Positions 37,993 to 47,807 of a DNA stretch of 64,000 nt are shown here, piece after piece (position 1 is the stretch's first letter; each line of letters begins with the position of its first letter). The stretch comes from a bacterium. Lineage in GTDB: Bacteria; Cyanobacteriota; Sericytochromatia; S15B-MN24; UBA4093. The translations under genes and the position numbers were made by a program. The stretch lies in the NCBI GenBank assembly GCA_035285805.1, contig JAYKJE010000010.1, positions 103,863-167,862 of the forward strand, read 5' to 3'. The notes under the pieces are model-generated. The model was given only the letters and a program-made list of their open reading frames with translations. It was not told the DNA's origin and did no database searches.

Positions 37993-38823
37993 TTACCTCA
38001 GCAAGCTGAGAACGCCCTGCGAGCTCTGGTTGGCCTGCGAGAGCATCGAGGTCGCCGACTGGCTGAGGATCTGGGACTTGGACATGTTGACGACTTCCTT
38101 GGCCATGTCGAGGTCCTGGATCCGGCTCTTGGCGGCATTGATGTTCTCGGACTGGACACCCAGGTTGGTGATGGTGTGCTGGAGACGGTTGATGTACGCA
38201 CCGAGCTTGCTTCGCTCGTTGCTGACCTTGGCGATCGCAGTGTCGAGGTTCGAGATCGTCGTCGAGGCATTCGCAGCCGAGTCGACCGTGATCGAGCCCG
38301 ATCCGACCGTCAGGGCCGAGGCGCTGGACGTTCCCACCGTCACGTTGATCGTCTGCCCGGCATTGGCTCCGATCTGGAACGTGACGCCCCCCGTGGCGAT
38401 GCCTCCATTGAGCAGCTTGGTCGTGTTGAAGTCGGTGTTATTCGAGATCCGGTCGATCTCGCTCGACAGCTGGTTCAACTCGTCCTGGATGTTGTTGCGG
38501 TCGGCAGTCGTCAGGGTGTCGTTCGCCCCCTGGACGGCCAGCTCCCGCATCCGCTGCAGGATGTTCTGCGTCTCGTTGAGGCCGCCTTCCGCGGTTTGCA
38601 GCATCGAGATGCCGTCCTGGGCGTTGCGCTGGGCCTGATCGAGCCCGTTGACCTGGCCCAGCATCTTCTGGCTGATGGCCAGTCCGGCGGCATCGTCCGC
38701 GGCATTGTTGATGCGCATACCGGACGACAGCTTCTCGAGGCTCTTGTTGAGCATGCCGTCATTGGCCGTGAGTACGCGGTGGGCGTTCAGGGCCGCGATG
38801 TTGGTGTTGATCCGGAGTGCCAT
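37993..38823 (-). CDS. fliC: Flagellin (paralog 1, 276 aa)
   Basis: [46 protein letters not shown]. Confidence 0.97.
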   Translation of the reverse strand: MALRINTNIAALNAHRVLTANDGMLNKSLEKLSSGMRINNAADDAAGLAISQKMLGQVNGLDQAQRNAQDGISMLQTAEGGLNETQNILQRMRELAVQGANDTLTTADRNNIQDELNQLSSEIDRISNNTDFNTTKLLNGGIATGGVTFQIGANAGQTINVTVGTSSASALTVGSGSITVDSAANASTTISNLDTAIAKVSNERSKLGAYINRLQHTITNLGVQSENINAAKSRIQDLDMAKEVVNMSKSQILSQSATSMLSQANQSSQGVLSLLR

Positions 38824-38826
38824 GCG

Positions 38827-38895
38827 TTACCTCCTTGAAGGGGTGTCAGAAGCTTCCGTGCTTCCACGGACAGGGGTGCGGGGTTGAAAACTCAT
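38827..38895 (-). CDS. Putative upstream/leader ORF MSFQPRTPVRGSTEASDTPSRR (22 aa)
   Basis: AAGGAGG 7 nt before ATG; its last codons are the flagellin-1 SD and it stops 3 nt before the flagellin ATG. Confidence 0.45.
   Translation of the reverse strand: MSFQPRTPVRGSTEASDTPSRR
38849..38864 (-). promoter_or_regulatory. CsrA-type hairpin in flagellin 1 leader
   Basis: mRNA GAAGC-ACGGAA-GCUUC. Confidence 0.65.
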
Positions 38896-39045
38896 GTCAG
38901 GACCTCCTTGCGGGTGGTGGCGTGGCTGGGTATGGGCCAGACGGCACGGGAGGTCCGGCGCGGGGATGACAGCGAGCGAAGCGGGTGGCGAGGCGGCGAG
39001 GCACGACTCGGGTTACGAGCACGATCATCACGAAGATTCCTGGCC

Positions 39046-39876
39046 TTACCGCAGCAGGCTCAGGACGCCCTGGGAGGACTGGTTGGCCTGCGACAGCATC
39101 GCCGTCGCGGACTGGCTGAGGATCTGGGCCTTGGACATGTGGACGACTTCCTTGGCCATGTCGAGGTCCATGATCCGGCTCTTGGCGGCATTGATGCTCT
39201 CGGACTGGACGCCGAGGTTGGTGATGGTGTGCTGGAGGCGATTGATGTACGCACCCAGTGAACTGCGAGACTTGCTGACCTGGGCCAGGGCTCCGTCGAT
39301 GTTGCTGATGGTCGTCGAGGCATTCGCGGCCGTATCGACCGAGATCTGCGTCCCGCCTACCGTGAGCGCGGTGGCCGTGGCCGTCGTGAGCGTCACGTTG
39401 ATGGTCTGGCCTGCATTGGCACCCACCTGGAAGGTCACCCCACTCGAGGCGAGGGATCCATTCAGAAGCTTCAGGGTATTGAAGTCGGTGTTGTTGGCGA
39501 TGCGATCGATCTCGCTGGACAGCTGTGCCAGTTCGTCCGCGATGTTCGTCCGGTCGGCCGTGGTCAGGGTATCGTTCGCCCCCTGGACGGCCAGCTCCCT
39601 CATGCGCTGCAGGATGTTCTGGGTCTCGGTCAACCCGCCTTCCGCCGTCTGCAGCATCGAGATGCCGTCTTGCGAGTTGCGCTGGGCCTGGTCGAGACCG
39701 CGGACCTGGGCAAACATCTTCTGGCTGATGGCCAGACCGGCGGCATCGTCCGATGCCGTGTTGATGCGCAGGCCCGACGACAGTTTCTCGAGACTCTTGT
39801 TGAGCATCGCATCATTGGCCGTCAGCACGCGATGCGAGTTGAGGGCCGCGATGTTGGTGTTGATACGCAGTGCCAT
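39046..39876 (-). CDS. fliC: Flagellin (paralog 2, 276 aa)
   Basis: Same conserved N- and C-terminal flagellin motifs; AAGGAGG RBS. Confidence 0.97.
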   Translation of the reverse strand: MALRINTNIAALNSHRVLTANDAMLNKSLEKLSSGLRINTASDDAAGLAISQKMFAQVRGLDQAQRNSQDGISMLQTAEGGLTETQNILQRMRELAVQGANDTLTTADRTNIADELAQLSSEIDRIANNTDFNTLKLLNGSLASSGVTFQVGANAGQTINVTLTTATATALTVGGTQISVDTAANASTTISNIDGALAQVSKSRSSLGAYINRLQHTITNLGVQSESINAAKSRIMDLDMAKEVVHMSKAQILSQSATAMLSQANQSSQGVLSLLR

Positions 39877-39900
39877 GAAGGACCTCCTTGTGTCCGGATC

Positions 39901-39918
39901 GGGGGCTTCCATGCCCCC
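39901..39918 (-). promoter_or_regulatory. CsrA-type hairpin in flagellin 2 leader
   Basis: mRNA GGGGGC-AUGGAA-GCCCCC. Confidence 0.65.
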
Positions 39919-40093
39919 TGGCTGTTGCTGACGTCACGGACGACGCCTTGAGGTGAATCGTGGGTGACGATCTCGTTCAGGGTGAACGAGGCCGCAGAAC
40001 GGGACGTGCTAGCATGCAACCTCGGTGCCGGGATGCCCCGGTTCCGGTGGTCGCGACGGCTGACGGAACCGATCGAGAGGGAGGTGAGGCGAC

Positions 40094-40555
40094 GTGAAGT
40101 TCACGGCCTATACGGATGGGGCGTGCTCGGGGAATCCCGGGCCAGGCGCGGCGGCTGCCGTACTGGTGGCCAGCGAGGGCGAGACGATCCTCAAAACCCT
40201 GGAACTCGTGAGTCCGGTCGAACCGATGACGACCAACCAGCGGCAGGAACTCCAGGGCGCCATCCTCGCCCTCTCCGCCCTCGAGCGGGAGGGGGTCGAT
40301 CTCGAACTCGTCAGCGATTCCCGGTACGTGATCCAGGGCATGAGCAGCTGGATCACGGGATGGAAGAGAAACGGCTGGCGCAACTCCCAGAAGGAGCCGG
40401 TCGCGAATGCCGATCTCTGGCAAGAGCTCGATCGCCTGGCCGCACGCCACCGGGTCCGCTGGACCTGGGTCAAGGGGCATGCCGGCAACCGCTTCAACGA
40501 GCGCTGCGACGAGCTGGCCGTCCAGGCCATCCGGGTGTTTCGTCGTCAGGCGTGA
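40094..40555 (+). CDS. rnhA: Ribonuclease HI
   Basis: YTDGACSGNPGPG, TTNQRQEL, DSRYV, WKRNGW, NADLW, WVKGHAG, NERCDELA. Confidence 0.96.
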   Translation: MKFTAYTDGACSGNPGPGAAAAVLVASEGETILKTLELVSPVEPMTTNQRQELQGAILALSALEREGVDLELVSDSRYVIQGMSSWITGWKRNGWRNSQKEPVANADLWQELDRLAARHRVRWTWVKGHAGNRFNERCDELAVQAIRVFRRQA

Positions 40556-40728
40556 CGAATCGCTTGTGGCTTGCTGCGAGGGCACCGTGTGCCCGCATGG
40601 TTTCGATGGGACCTCGTGGTCGCGCATGATGGACCTTCCGTGGTTCGACGGGGTTTCGTGGCGGATGGGGTCAGGATCTCGCGTTCAGAGACACCTTTCG
40701 AGTGTCGTCAGCCCGTTGAATCGGGGCT

Positions 40729-41565
40729 CTAGCCGCGCAGGAGGCTGAGGACGCCCTGCGAGCTCTGGTTGGCCTGCGCCAGCATCGAGGTCGCGGACTG
40801 GCTGAGGATCTGAGCCTTGGACATGTGGACCACTTCCTTGGCCATGTCGAGGTCCATGATCCGGCTCTTGGCGGCGCTGATGTTCTCGCCCTGGATGCTC
40901 AGGTTGTTGATGGTGTGCTGCAACCGGTTGATGTAGGCACCGATCTTGCCGCGCGAGGTGCTGATGGCTGCGAGCGCGCTATCGATGTTGGAGATGGTGG
41001 TGGACGCGTTGGCCGCCGTGTCGACCGAGAGGGCACCGGTGCCGACCGTCAGCGTGCTCGTGTTGGCCGTCGAGATGCTGATGTTGACGATGTTGCCCGC
41101 ATTCGCACCGATCTGGAACGTGATGCCAGTGGTGGCGATGTTGCCGCCCCCGAGAAGGCTGATCGTGTTGAATTCCGTCCCCCCGCTGATGCGGTCGATC
41201 TCCCCCGAGAGCTGGTCGAGCTCATCCTTGATGTTCTGTCGGTCGGCCGTGGTCAGGGTGTCGTTGGCGCCCTGCACGGCCAGTTCGCGCATCCGCTGCA
41301 GGATGTTCTGCGTCTCGCTCAGCCCACCTTCCGCGGTCTGCAGCATCGAGATGCCGTCCTGGGCATTGCGCTGGGCTTGATCGAGGCCGCGCACCTGTCC
41401 CAGCATCTTCTGGCTGATGGCGAGACCCGCGGCGTCGTCCGAGGCCGTGTTGATCCGGAGCCCGGACGACAGCTTTTCGAGGCTCTTGTTGAGCATCGTG
41501 TCGTTGCTGGTCAGGACGCGGTGCGAGTTCATCGCGGCGATGTTGGTATTGATGCGAAGGGCCAT
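40729..41565 (-). CDS. fliC: Flagellin (paralog 3, 278 aa)
   Basis: Conserved flagellin termini; AAGGAGG RBS. Confidence 0.97.
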   Translation of the reverse strand: MALRINTNIAAMNSHRVLTSNDTMLNKSLEKLSSGLRINTASDDAAGLAISQKMLGQVRGLDQAQRNAQDGISMLQTAEGGLSETQNILQRMRELAVQGANDTLTTADRQNIKDELDQLSGEIDRISGGTEFNTISLLGGGNIATTGITFQIGANAGNIVNISISTANTSTLTVGTGALSVDTAANASTTISNIDSALAAISTSRGKIGAYINRLQHTINNLSIQGENISAAKSRIMDLDMAKEVVHMSKAQILSQSATSMLAQANQSSQGVLSLLRG

Positions 41566-41588
41566 GGTTCAACCTCCTTGTGATTGAA

Positions 41589-41612
41589 CTCGAAGGCATC
41601 CGTGCCTTCGAG
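41589..41612 (-). promoter_or_regulatory. CsrA-type hairpin in flagellin 3 leader
   Basis: mRNA CUCGAAGGC-ACGGAU-GCCUUCGAG. Confidence 0.65.
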
Positions 41613-41803
41613 GCGACCGTCACCAGGTCCTTTACATGTGGACCCGGTTCGATCGGCCAGTACGGGGGGGCTCGCGCCCGGCGGGCACGAGGTTGCAGGG
41701 AACGGGACGAGCGGACGGTCCGCTCGCGCTCCGCGCAGGTGATGACGTTATGGACGGGCGAGCGTCAGCGCTCGGGGAGCGGGTGAGGCTTCAGGCGTGG
41801 CGC

Positions 41804-42643
41804 TTATCCGCCGCGCAGGAGGCTGAGGACGCCCTGCGAGCTCTGATTGGCCTGGGCCAGCATCGAGGTGGCAGACTGGCTGAGGATCTGGGCCTTGGAC
41901 ATGTGGACCACTTCCTTGGCCATGTCGAGGTCCATGATCCGGCTCTTGGCGGCGCTGATGTTCTCGGACTGGACGCCGAGGTTCGCGATGGTGTGCTGGA
42001 GCCGGTTGATGTAAGCACCGACCTTGCCTCGCGAGGTGCTGATGGCGGCAAGCGCGGTGTCGATGTTCGAGATGGTGATCGAGGCATTGGCAGCCGTATC
42101 GACCGAGAGGGCGCCCGCTCCGACCGTGAGGGTCGTGGCATCGGCGGTCGAAAGCGACAGATTGACGACCTGACCGGCGTTGGCGCCTACCTGGAAGGTG
42201 AGCCCCGAAGAACTGATCGTCCCGCCGCTGAGCAGCTTGATGGTGTTGAACTCGGTACCTGCGGCAATGCGGTCGATCTCGCTGGAGAGTTGGTCGAGTT
42301 CGCTCTGGATGCTGTCGCGGTCGGCGGTCGTGAGGGTGTCGTTGGCTCCCTGGACGGCCAGCTCTCGCATCCGCTGGAGGATGTTCTGGGTCTCGTTCAA
42401 TCCGCCCTCGGCCGTCTGCATCATCGAGATGGCGTCCTGGGCATTGCGCTGGGCCTGGTCCAGACCCTGGACCTGACCCAGCATCTTCTGGCTGATGGCG
42501 AGGCCGGCGGCGTCATCGGCAGCCGTGTTGATGCGCAGACCGGACGACAGCTTCTCGAGGCTCTTGTTGAGCATCGAGTCGTTCGAGGACAGCTGGCGAT
42601 GCGAATTGAGCGCGGCCAGGTTCGTGTTGATCCTGAGAGCCAT
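41804..42643 (-). CDS. fliC: Flagellin (paralog 4, 279 aa)
   Basis: Conserved flagellin termini; SD lies inside the ACAC-ACGGAG-GUGU hairpin. Confidence 0.97.
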   Translation of the reverse strand: MALRINTNLAALNSHRQLSSNDSMLNKSLEKLSSGLRINTAADDAAGLAISQKMLGQVQGLDQAQRNAQDAISMMQTAEGGLNETQNILQRMRELAVQGANDTLTTADRDSIQSELDQLSSEIDRIAAGTEFNTIKLLSGGTISSSGLTFQVGANAGQVVNLSLSTADATTLTVGAGALSVDTAANASITISNIDTALAAISTSRGKVGAYINRLQHTIANLGVQSENISAAKSRIMDLDMAKEVVHMSKAQILSQSATSMLAQANQSSQGVLSLLRGG

Positions 42644-42679
42644 GGAACACCTCCGTGTGTTGCCTGTTTTTCGAGGCCA

Positions 42680-42697
42680 GGACCCGTCCGTGAGTCC
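42680..42697 (-). promoter_or_regulatory. CsrA-type hairpin in flagellin 4 leader
   Basis: mRNA GGACUC-ACGGAC-GGGUCC. Confidence 0.65.
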
Positions 42698-42717
42698 CTT
42701 TCATCTTGCCAAGGGTA

Positions 42718-42744
42718 ACATCGGGTCTCCCGAGGCAACCTTTA
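42718..42744 (-). promoter_or_regulatory. Sigma-28 (FliA/SigD)-like promoter
   Basis: Minus strand TAAA-N15-CCCGATGT versus consensus TAAA-N15-GCCGATAA. Confidence 0.7.
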
Positions 42745-42762
42745 GCGTGGTGGACAAAAATT

Positions 42763-44070
42763 TCACGACAGGCGACGGGCAAGCCCGAGGAGCAGATCCA
42801 GCTCCGGAGCCTCGGTCCACCTCCCGCGGGCCCGGGCGAGGCGTTCGGTCGCCTCGGGGGCGCGTCCCAGCTCGATGAGCAACGTGCCCAGGGCGAGCCA
42901 GCTCGGCAGGTGATCCGGGATCACCGTCAGGACCCGCTCGTACGTGTCGAGCGCGTGTTCCCGCCGCCCCGTCCGGAGGGACAGCGTGGCCAGGAGCAGC
43001 CAGTACGGTCCATCGTCGGGGCGCGCGGTGCCTGCGAGCGTTGCGAGCGCTTCCCAGGCCTCTTCCGCTCGGCCGAGGCCGTCGAGCCCTCTGGCCAGGA
43101 TCATGGCGGCCTCGTGCCGCAGGGTGGGGGCATCCCAGGGGTCGTCGAACTGGACGTCGCCCCCGGTCACGACGGGCGCGACGCGTTCAACGGCCGTCGC
43201 GAAGGCACGCGATTCCAGATCCCAGCGGGCCGCGAGCAGGGCAACACGCACCGGCAAGGCCGTCGACGGACCCCATCCGGCAAGCACGGTGCGACCGGCT
43301 TCGAGCCCCCGCAACTGGCAGGCGAGTTCGGCCCGGAAGACCCAGGCACGGTTGACGAGATGCCTGCGCTCATCCGGGTGAGGCGACAGGACGACCCGTT
43401 CGAAAGCCTTCTCGGCCTCCTCCTGGCGCCCCAGCAGGTTCAGGGTCTTGCCGAGATGATACCGGGCCTCGAGATCATCCGGCCGTTCGCGGAGCGTCAC
43501 TTCGAGGAGTTGCAGGTTGCGGGACAGCTTGTCGTGCCGCTGAACCGCGCGTGTCAGGTAGCCGTCATGTTGCAACACGCCCCCGACCTCGACCGTGGGC
43601 CATCCGGCGCGTTCCAGTGGGGCCGTCACCTGCTCGTGGACCCGCCCCTCGAAACGGATGGCCGGATGTCTCGGCAGGACGCGGAGCAGGCCCACGCTCT
43701 GGCGACGGTTCCCGTCAAGATGGTTGATCAGCCGGATACGACCTCCGGCCGGATGGGGGGGGAGGGAGTGGCGCAGGGCCTGGGCATCCTCACGATGCTC
43801 GAACCATTCGTCGGCGTCGATCACCAGGATCCAGTCCGAGCGGGCCGCGTCCAGGGCCACGTTGCGGGCTCGAGAAAAATCCCCCGTCCACGGGGTCTCG
43901 AGAACCCTGGCACCCGCAGCACGCGCGATTTCCCGCGAATCGTCCCGGGAACCCGTGTCGACCACCACGATCTCGTCGACGGCAGGCTTCAGGCTCTCGA
44001 GGCATCGGGGCAGAACCTCGGCCTCGTCCTTCACGATGAGGCACGCGCTCAGCGTCACGTTCCCCTCCAT
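42763..44070 (-). CDS. Family 2 glycosyltransferase with TPRs (candidate flagellin glycosyltransferase)
   Basis: LSACLIVKDE, VVDTGSRD, DFSRARN, IDADE, FEGRVHEQ, HDGY, then TPRs. Confidence 0.9.
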   Translation of the reverse strand: MEGNVTLSACLIVKDEAEVLPRCLESLKPAVDEIVVVDTGSRDDSREIARAAGARVLETPWTGDFSRARNVALDAARSDWILVIDADEWFEHREDAQALRHSLPPHPAGGRIRLINHLDGNRRQSVGLLRVLPRHPAIRFEGRVHEQVTAPLERAGWPTVEVGGVLQHDGYLTRAVQRHDKLSRNLQLLEVTLRERPDDLEARYHLGKTLNLLGRQEEAEKAFERVVLSPHPDERRHLVNRAWVFRAELACQLRGLEAGRTVLAGWGPSTALPVRVALLAARWDLESRAFATAVERVAPVVTGGDVQFDDPWDAPTLRHEAAMILARGLDGLGRAEEAWEALATLAGTARPDDGPYWLLLATLSLRTGRREHALDTYERVLTVIPDHLPSWLALGTLLIELGRAPEATERLARARGRWTEAPELDLLLGLARRLS

Positions 44071-44077
44071 CAGGTGC

Positions 44078-46450
44078 TCACGGAGGACCATCCTGCGGTA
44101 CGACGGGCGGCTCGCCTGCAGGTGACTCGGGTAATGGCATCAGCAGGTGCTCGAGGGCCGTGGCCAGATCGGTGACCGCATGGATGGCGAGCGATTCCCG
44201 CACCCCCTGCGGCAGTTCCTCGAGATCACCGGAATTGTCCGCCGGCAGGAGCACGGTGGCCAGGTTCCGCTGGTGGGCGGCCAGGACCTTCTCCTTGATG
44301 CCCCCGACGGCCAGCACACGGCCCCGGATGGTGATTTCTCCCGTGACGGCCACGTCCGCCCGGACGGCGCGACCGGTCAGGACCGAGGCGATCGCAGCGG
44401 CGATCGCCAGGCCTGCGCTCGGACCATCCTTGGGGATGGCCCCCTGGGGCACATGCAGGTGCACATCGTGCCCGCGCCAGGCGTGCTCGTCCAGCCCCAG
44501 TTTCCCCGCATGCGCCTTCACGGCCGTATAAGCAGCCTGGGCGGATTCCTTCATGACGTCCCCGAGCTGTCCCGTCAGGGCGAGATGGCCACGTCCCTTG
44601 AGGCAGGCCACTTCCAGCGTCATGAGACTCCCGCCGTGCTCGGTCCAGGCCAGCCCGTGTACGGTGCCGATCTCCGGCTCCCGGTGATGCTCGGGCGTGC
44701 GTACGCTCCGGGGACCCAGCCACGTCGTCAGGTCGGCGGCCTCGAAACGAGGGGGAGCCTGGCGCTCGACGAGGGCCCGGGCGACCTTGCGCGCCAGGGT
44801 CGAGATCCGTCGTTCCAGTTGCCTCACCCCTGCCTCGCGCGTCCACCCGCGCACGATCTCGCGGAGCAGAGGCTCGTCCAGATTCAGGGCGTCGTCATCC
44901 AGGCCGTGTGAGGATCGCGTGCGAGGGACGAGATGTTCCCGGGCGATCGCCAGCTTCTCCGGCTCCGTGTAGCCCGGGATGCGGACGATTTCCAGGCGAT
45001 CGAGGAGGGCCGGCGGGATGCCTTGGAGGTGGTTGGCCGTGGCGAGAAAGAGCACTTCCGACAGGTCGAACGGCACCTCGAGGTAGTGGTCCCGGAATGT
45101 CCGGTGCTGCTCGGGATCGAGCACCTCCAGGAGCGCGGATGCGGGATTGCCTCGGGCCTGGCGGCCGATCTTGTCGATCTCGTCCAGCAGGATCACCGGA
45201 TTGCGAGATCCACTCTGGCGCAGCGACTGGATCAGCCGACCCGGCAGGGCCCCGACGTAGGTGCGCCGGTGTCCGCGGATCTCGGCCTCGTCCTGGATTC
45301 CGCCCAGGCTCACGCTGATGAACTTGCGGCCGAGGGCCCGTGCGATGCTACGGGCCAGCGAGGTCTTGCCCACGCCCGGGGGCCCCACGAGGCAGAGGAT
45401 GGTGGTCGGGGGCTTGCGGGTCAGTTCGCGCACCGCGAGAAACTCGATCAGGCGTTCCTTGACCCGGTCGAGTCCGTGATGGGCGCCGTCCAGCAGGTGG
45501 CGTGCTGCCGCGAGATCGAGGCGGTCGCGGGTTCGTTTCTTCCAGGGCAGCTCGATCAGGGTCTCGAGGTACCCCCGGATGACGCCTCCCTCGGGGGAAT
45601 AGCGCCCCGCCTGGGACAGGCGCTCGACCTCTCGCAGGGCGACCTCTCTTGCTTCGGTCGGTAGTCCGGCGCGCTCGACGGCCTGTCGGAAGCGGGTCTC
45701 CTCGTCGAGACCGGCTCCCTGGTCGGACAGCTCGGCCTGGACCTGCCGCAACTTCTCGCGGAGGTAGACCTCGCGCTGGACTCCCTCGATCCGCGAGCGC
45801 ACCCGCTGATGGATCTCGTGGTCCACGCGCAGCTCCTCGACGAGCTTCCCCAGGACCTCGGCCAGTCGTTCCAGGCGGCGACCGACCGATGGTGTTTCGA
45901 GCATCTCCTGGCGGATGGCAAGGTCGGGGACGAGGTAGGCGATCGCCAGGTCGGCCAGGCGACCCGGATTGCCGCCCGTTTCCACGGGAAGGGACTTGTC
46001 CCCGAGGAGTTTCGGGTCCAGCGTCAGAATTTCCTCGATCTGGTCGGTCACCAGGCGACGCAGGGGTTCGTGCTCGTCGGTCGTCTCGTCTGCCCCCGTC
46101 AGGGGCACGAACCGACCTTGCAGGGCGGGTTCGGTTTCGACCATCTCGACGAGTCGCAGGCGTTCCTTGGCCTCGAGCAAGACCCGCATCGTGGCGTCCG
46201 GTTGCCGGAGGATCTGGATGACGTCCGCCCGAACACCAGTGTCGTGAAGGTCCCGGGGTTCGGGTTCCTCCCTGTGCGCCTGACGCTGCGAGATGAGCAC
46301 GAGGCGCCGGTCGGAAGCCAGGGCGGCCTCCAGGGCGGCCACGCTGCGTGCTCGACCGATCTGGAGCGAGACGACCATGTGCGGCAGCACGACCATATCC
46401 CGGAGAGGGATGACGGGGAGGAGCTCCTCCGGGCTTTCCGCCTGGCTCAT
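44078..46450 (-). CDS. lon: Lon protease
   Basis: GPPGVGKTS, RGHRRTYVGALPG, LLDEIDK, PKDGPSAG, GGIKEK. Confidence 0.97.
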   Translation of the reverse strand: MSQAESPEELLPVIPLRDMVVLPHMVVSLQIGRARSVAALEAALASDRRLVLISQRQAHREEPEPRDLHDTGVRADVIQILRQPDATMRVLLEAKERLRLVEMVETEPALQGRFVPLTGADETTDEHEPLRRLVTDQIEEILTLDPKLLGDKSLPVETGGNPGRLADLAIAYLVPDLAIRQEMLETPSVGRRLERLAEVLGKLVEELRVDHEIHQRVRSRIEGVQREVYLREKLRQVQAELSDQGAGLDEETRFRQAVERAGLPTEAREVALREVERLSQAGRYSPEGGVIRGYLETLIELPWKKRTRDRLDLAAARHLLDGAHHGLDRVKERLIEFLAVRELTRKPPTTILCLVGPPGVGKTSLARSIARALGRKFISVSLGGIQDEAEIRGHRRTYVGALPGRLIQSLRQSGSRNPVILLDEIDKIGRQARGNPASALLEVLDPEQHRTFRDHYLEVPFDLSEVLFLATANHLQGIPPALLDRLEIVRIPGYTEPEKLAIAREHLVPRTRSSHGLDDDALNLDEPLLREIVRGWTREAGVRQLERRISTLARKVARALVERQAPPRFEAADLTTWLGPRSVRTPEHHREPEIGTVHGLAWTEHGGSLMTLEVACLKGRGHLALTGQLGDVMKESAQAAYTAVKAHAGKLGLDEHAWRGHDVHLHVPQGAIPKDGPSAGLAIAAAIASVLTGRAVRADVAVTGEITIRGRVLAVGGIKEKVLAAHQRNLATVLLPADNSGDLEELPQGVRESLAIHAVTDLATALEHLLMPLPESPAGEPPVVPQDGPP

Positions 46451-46520
46451 CGGAAATCCTTTCGAGATAGGACGACGCGGCGGACGACCCGGGTCGTCCG
46501 CCGCGTTCCAGAGCACGGAA

Positions 46521-47807
46521 TCAGGAAGCCTGCTTCTGCTGACCGTTCTCGGGCATCTTGAGCAGCTTGGTCACGGCCATCCGGTTCTCGACCATCTCGC
46601 TCGTGATCACCAGCTTGCGCAGGTCCGGCCGCGAAGGGGCTTCGTACATGACGTCCAGCATCATCTCTTCGACGATGCTGCGGAGCGCCCGGGCTCCCGT
46701 CTTGCGCTTGAGGGCTTCCGCGGCGATCGCCGTGAGCCCGTCGGGCGTGAAGTCGACGTCCACCCCGTCCATCCCGAGCAGCCGCTTGTACTGCTTGGTG
46801 ATCGCGTTCTTCGGCTCGGTCAGGATCGACACCAGCGCATCCTGATCGAGTGGATCGAGCGTGGCCACCATCGGGATACGCCCGATGAACTCGGGGATGA
46901 GCCCGTACTTGAGCAGGTCTTCCGGCTGGAGCTGACGGAACAGATTTCCGAGGTCTTTCTCCTGGGGGTCCTTCACGTCGGCACCGAAGCCCATGCTCTT
47001 CTTGCCGACGCGGGTTTCGATGACCTTGTCGAGCCCGATGAACGCCCCACCCACGATGAAGAGGATGTTGGTCGTGTCGAGCTGGATGAACTCCTGGTAC
47101 GGATGCTTGCGCCCACCCTGCGGCGGCACGTTCGCGACCGTGCCCTCGAGCATTTTCAGCAGGGCCTGCTGGACCCCTTCGCCGGAAACGTCACGGGTGA
47201 TCGATGGGTTCTCGCTCTTCTTGGCGATCTTGTCGATCTCGTCAATGTAGACGATCCCACGTTCGGCCCGCTTCACGTCGTAGTCTGCCGACTGCAAGAG
47301 CCGGAGCAGGATGTTCTCCACATCCTCGCCGACATACCCGGCCTCGGTGAGCGTCGTGGCATCCGCGATCGCGAACGGTACGTTGAGGAGCCGGGCCAGT
47401 GTCTGCGCAAGCAGGGTCTTGCCCGAGCCCGTGGGCCCGATCAAGAGAATGTTGGACTTGGCGATTTCAACGCCTTCCGGGTCGTTACCATCCCGGGTGG
47501 TCAGTCGCTTGTAGTGGTTGTAGACCGCCACCGAAAGGACCTTCTTGGCGCGCTCTTGACCGACGACATGGGAATCGAGAATCTTCTTGATCGCCTTCGG
47601 CTTCGGAATCTCCCCCATCTCGACGGGGGGCTGTTCCGCTTGCCGCTGATGGTCATAGAGCTCTTCGTCGAGAATCTCGTTGCAGAGATCGACACACTCG
47701 TCGCAGATGTAGACACCCGGGGCTGCGATCAGCTTGCGTACCTGGTCCTGGGTCTTGCCGCAGAACGAGCACTTGGGCTGGCCCTTGGTGTCCTCGTATT
47801 TAGGCAT
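46521..47807 (-). CDS. clpX: ClpX ATPase
   Basis: CSFCGK zinc finger, [23 protein letters not shown]. Confidence 0.98.
   Translation of the reverse strand: MPKYEDTKGQPKCSFCGKTQDQVRKLIAAPGVYICDECVDLCNEILDEELYDHQRQAEQPPVEMGEIPKPKAIKKILDSHVVGQERAKKVLSVAVYNHYKRLTTRDGNDPEGVEIAKSNILLIGPTGSGKTLLAQTLARLLNVPFAIADATTLTEAGYVGEDVENILLRLLQSADYDVKRAERGIVYIDEIDKIAKKSENPSITRDVSGEGVQQALLKMLEGTVANVPPQGGRKHPYQEFIQLDTTNILFIVGGAFIGLDKVIETRVGKKSMGFGADVKDPQEKDLGNLFRQLQPEDLLKYGLIPEFIGRIPMVATLDPLDQDALVSILTEPKNAITKQYKRLLGMDGVDVDFTPDGLTAIAAEALKRKTGARALRSIVEEMMLDVMYEAPSRPDLRKLVITSEMVENRMAVTKLLKMPENGQQKQAS

Noticed and set aside
41608-41634. Sigma-28 promoter upstream of flagellin 3 (TAAAGG present)
   Set aside because: No GCCGATAA-like -10 at the 15-nt spacing
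37993-42643. Repeated DNA blocks as a CRISPR array or mobile repeats
   Set aside because: The repeats are the conserved termini of flagellin paralogs; no repeat-spacer periodicity and no cas or transposase genes
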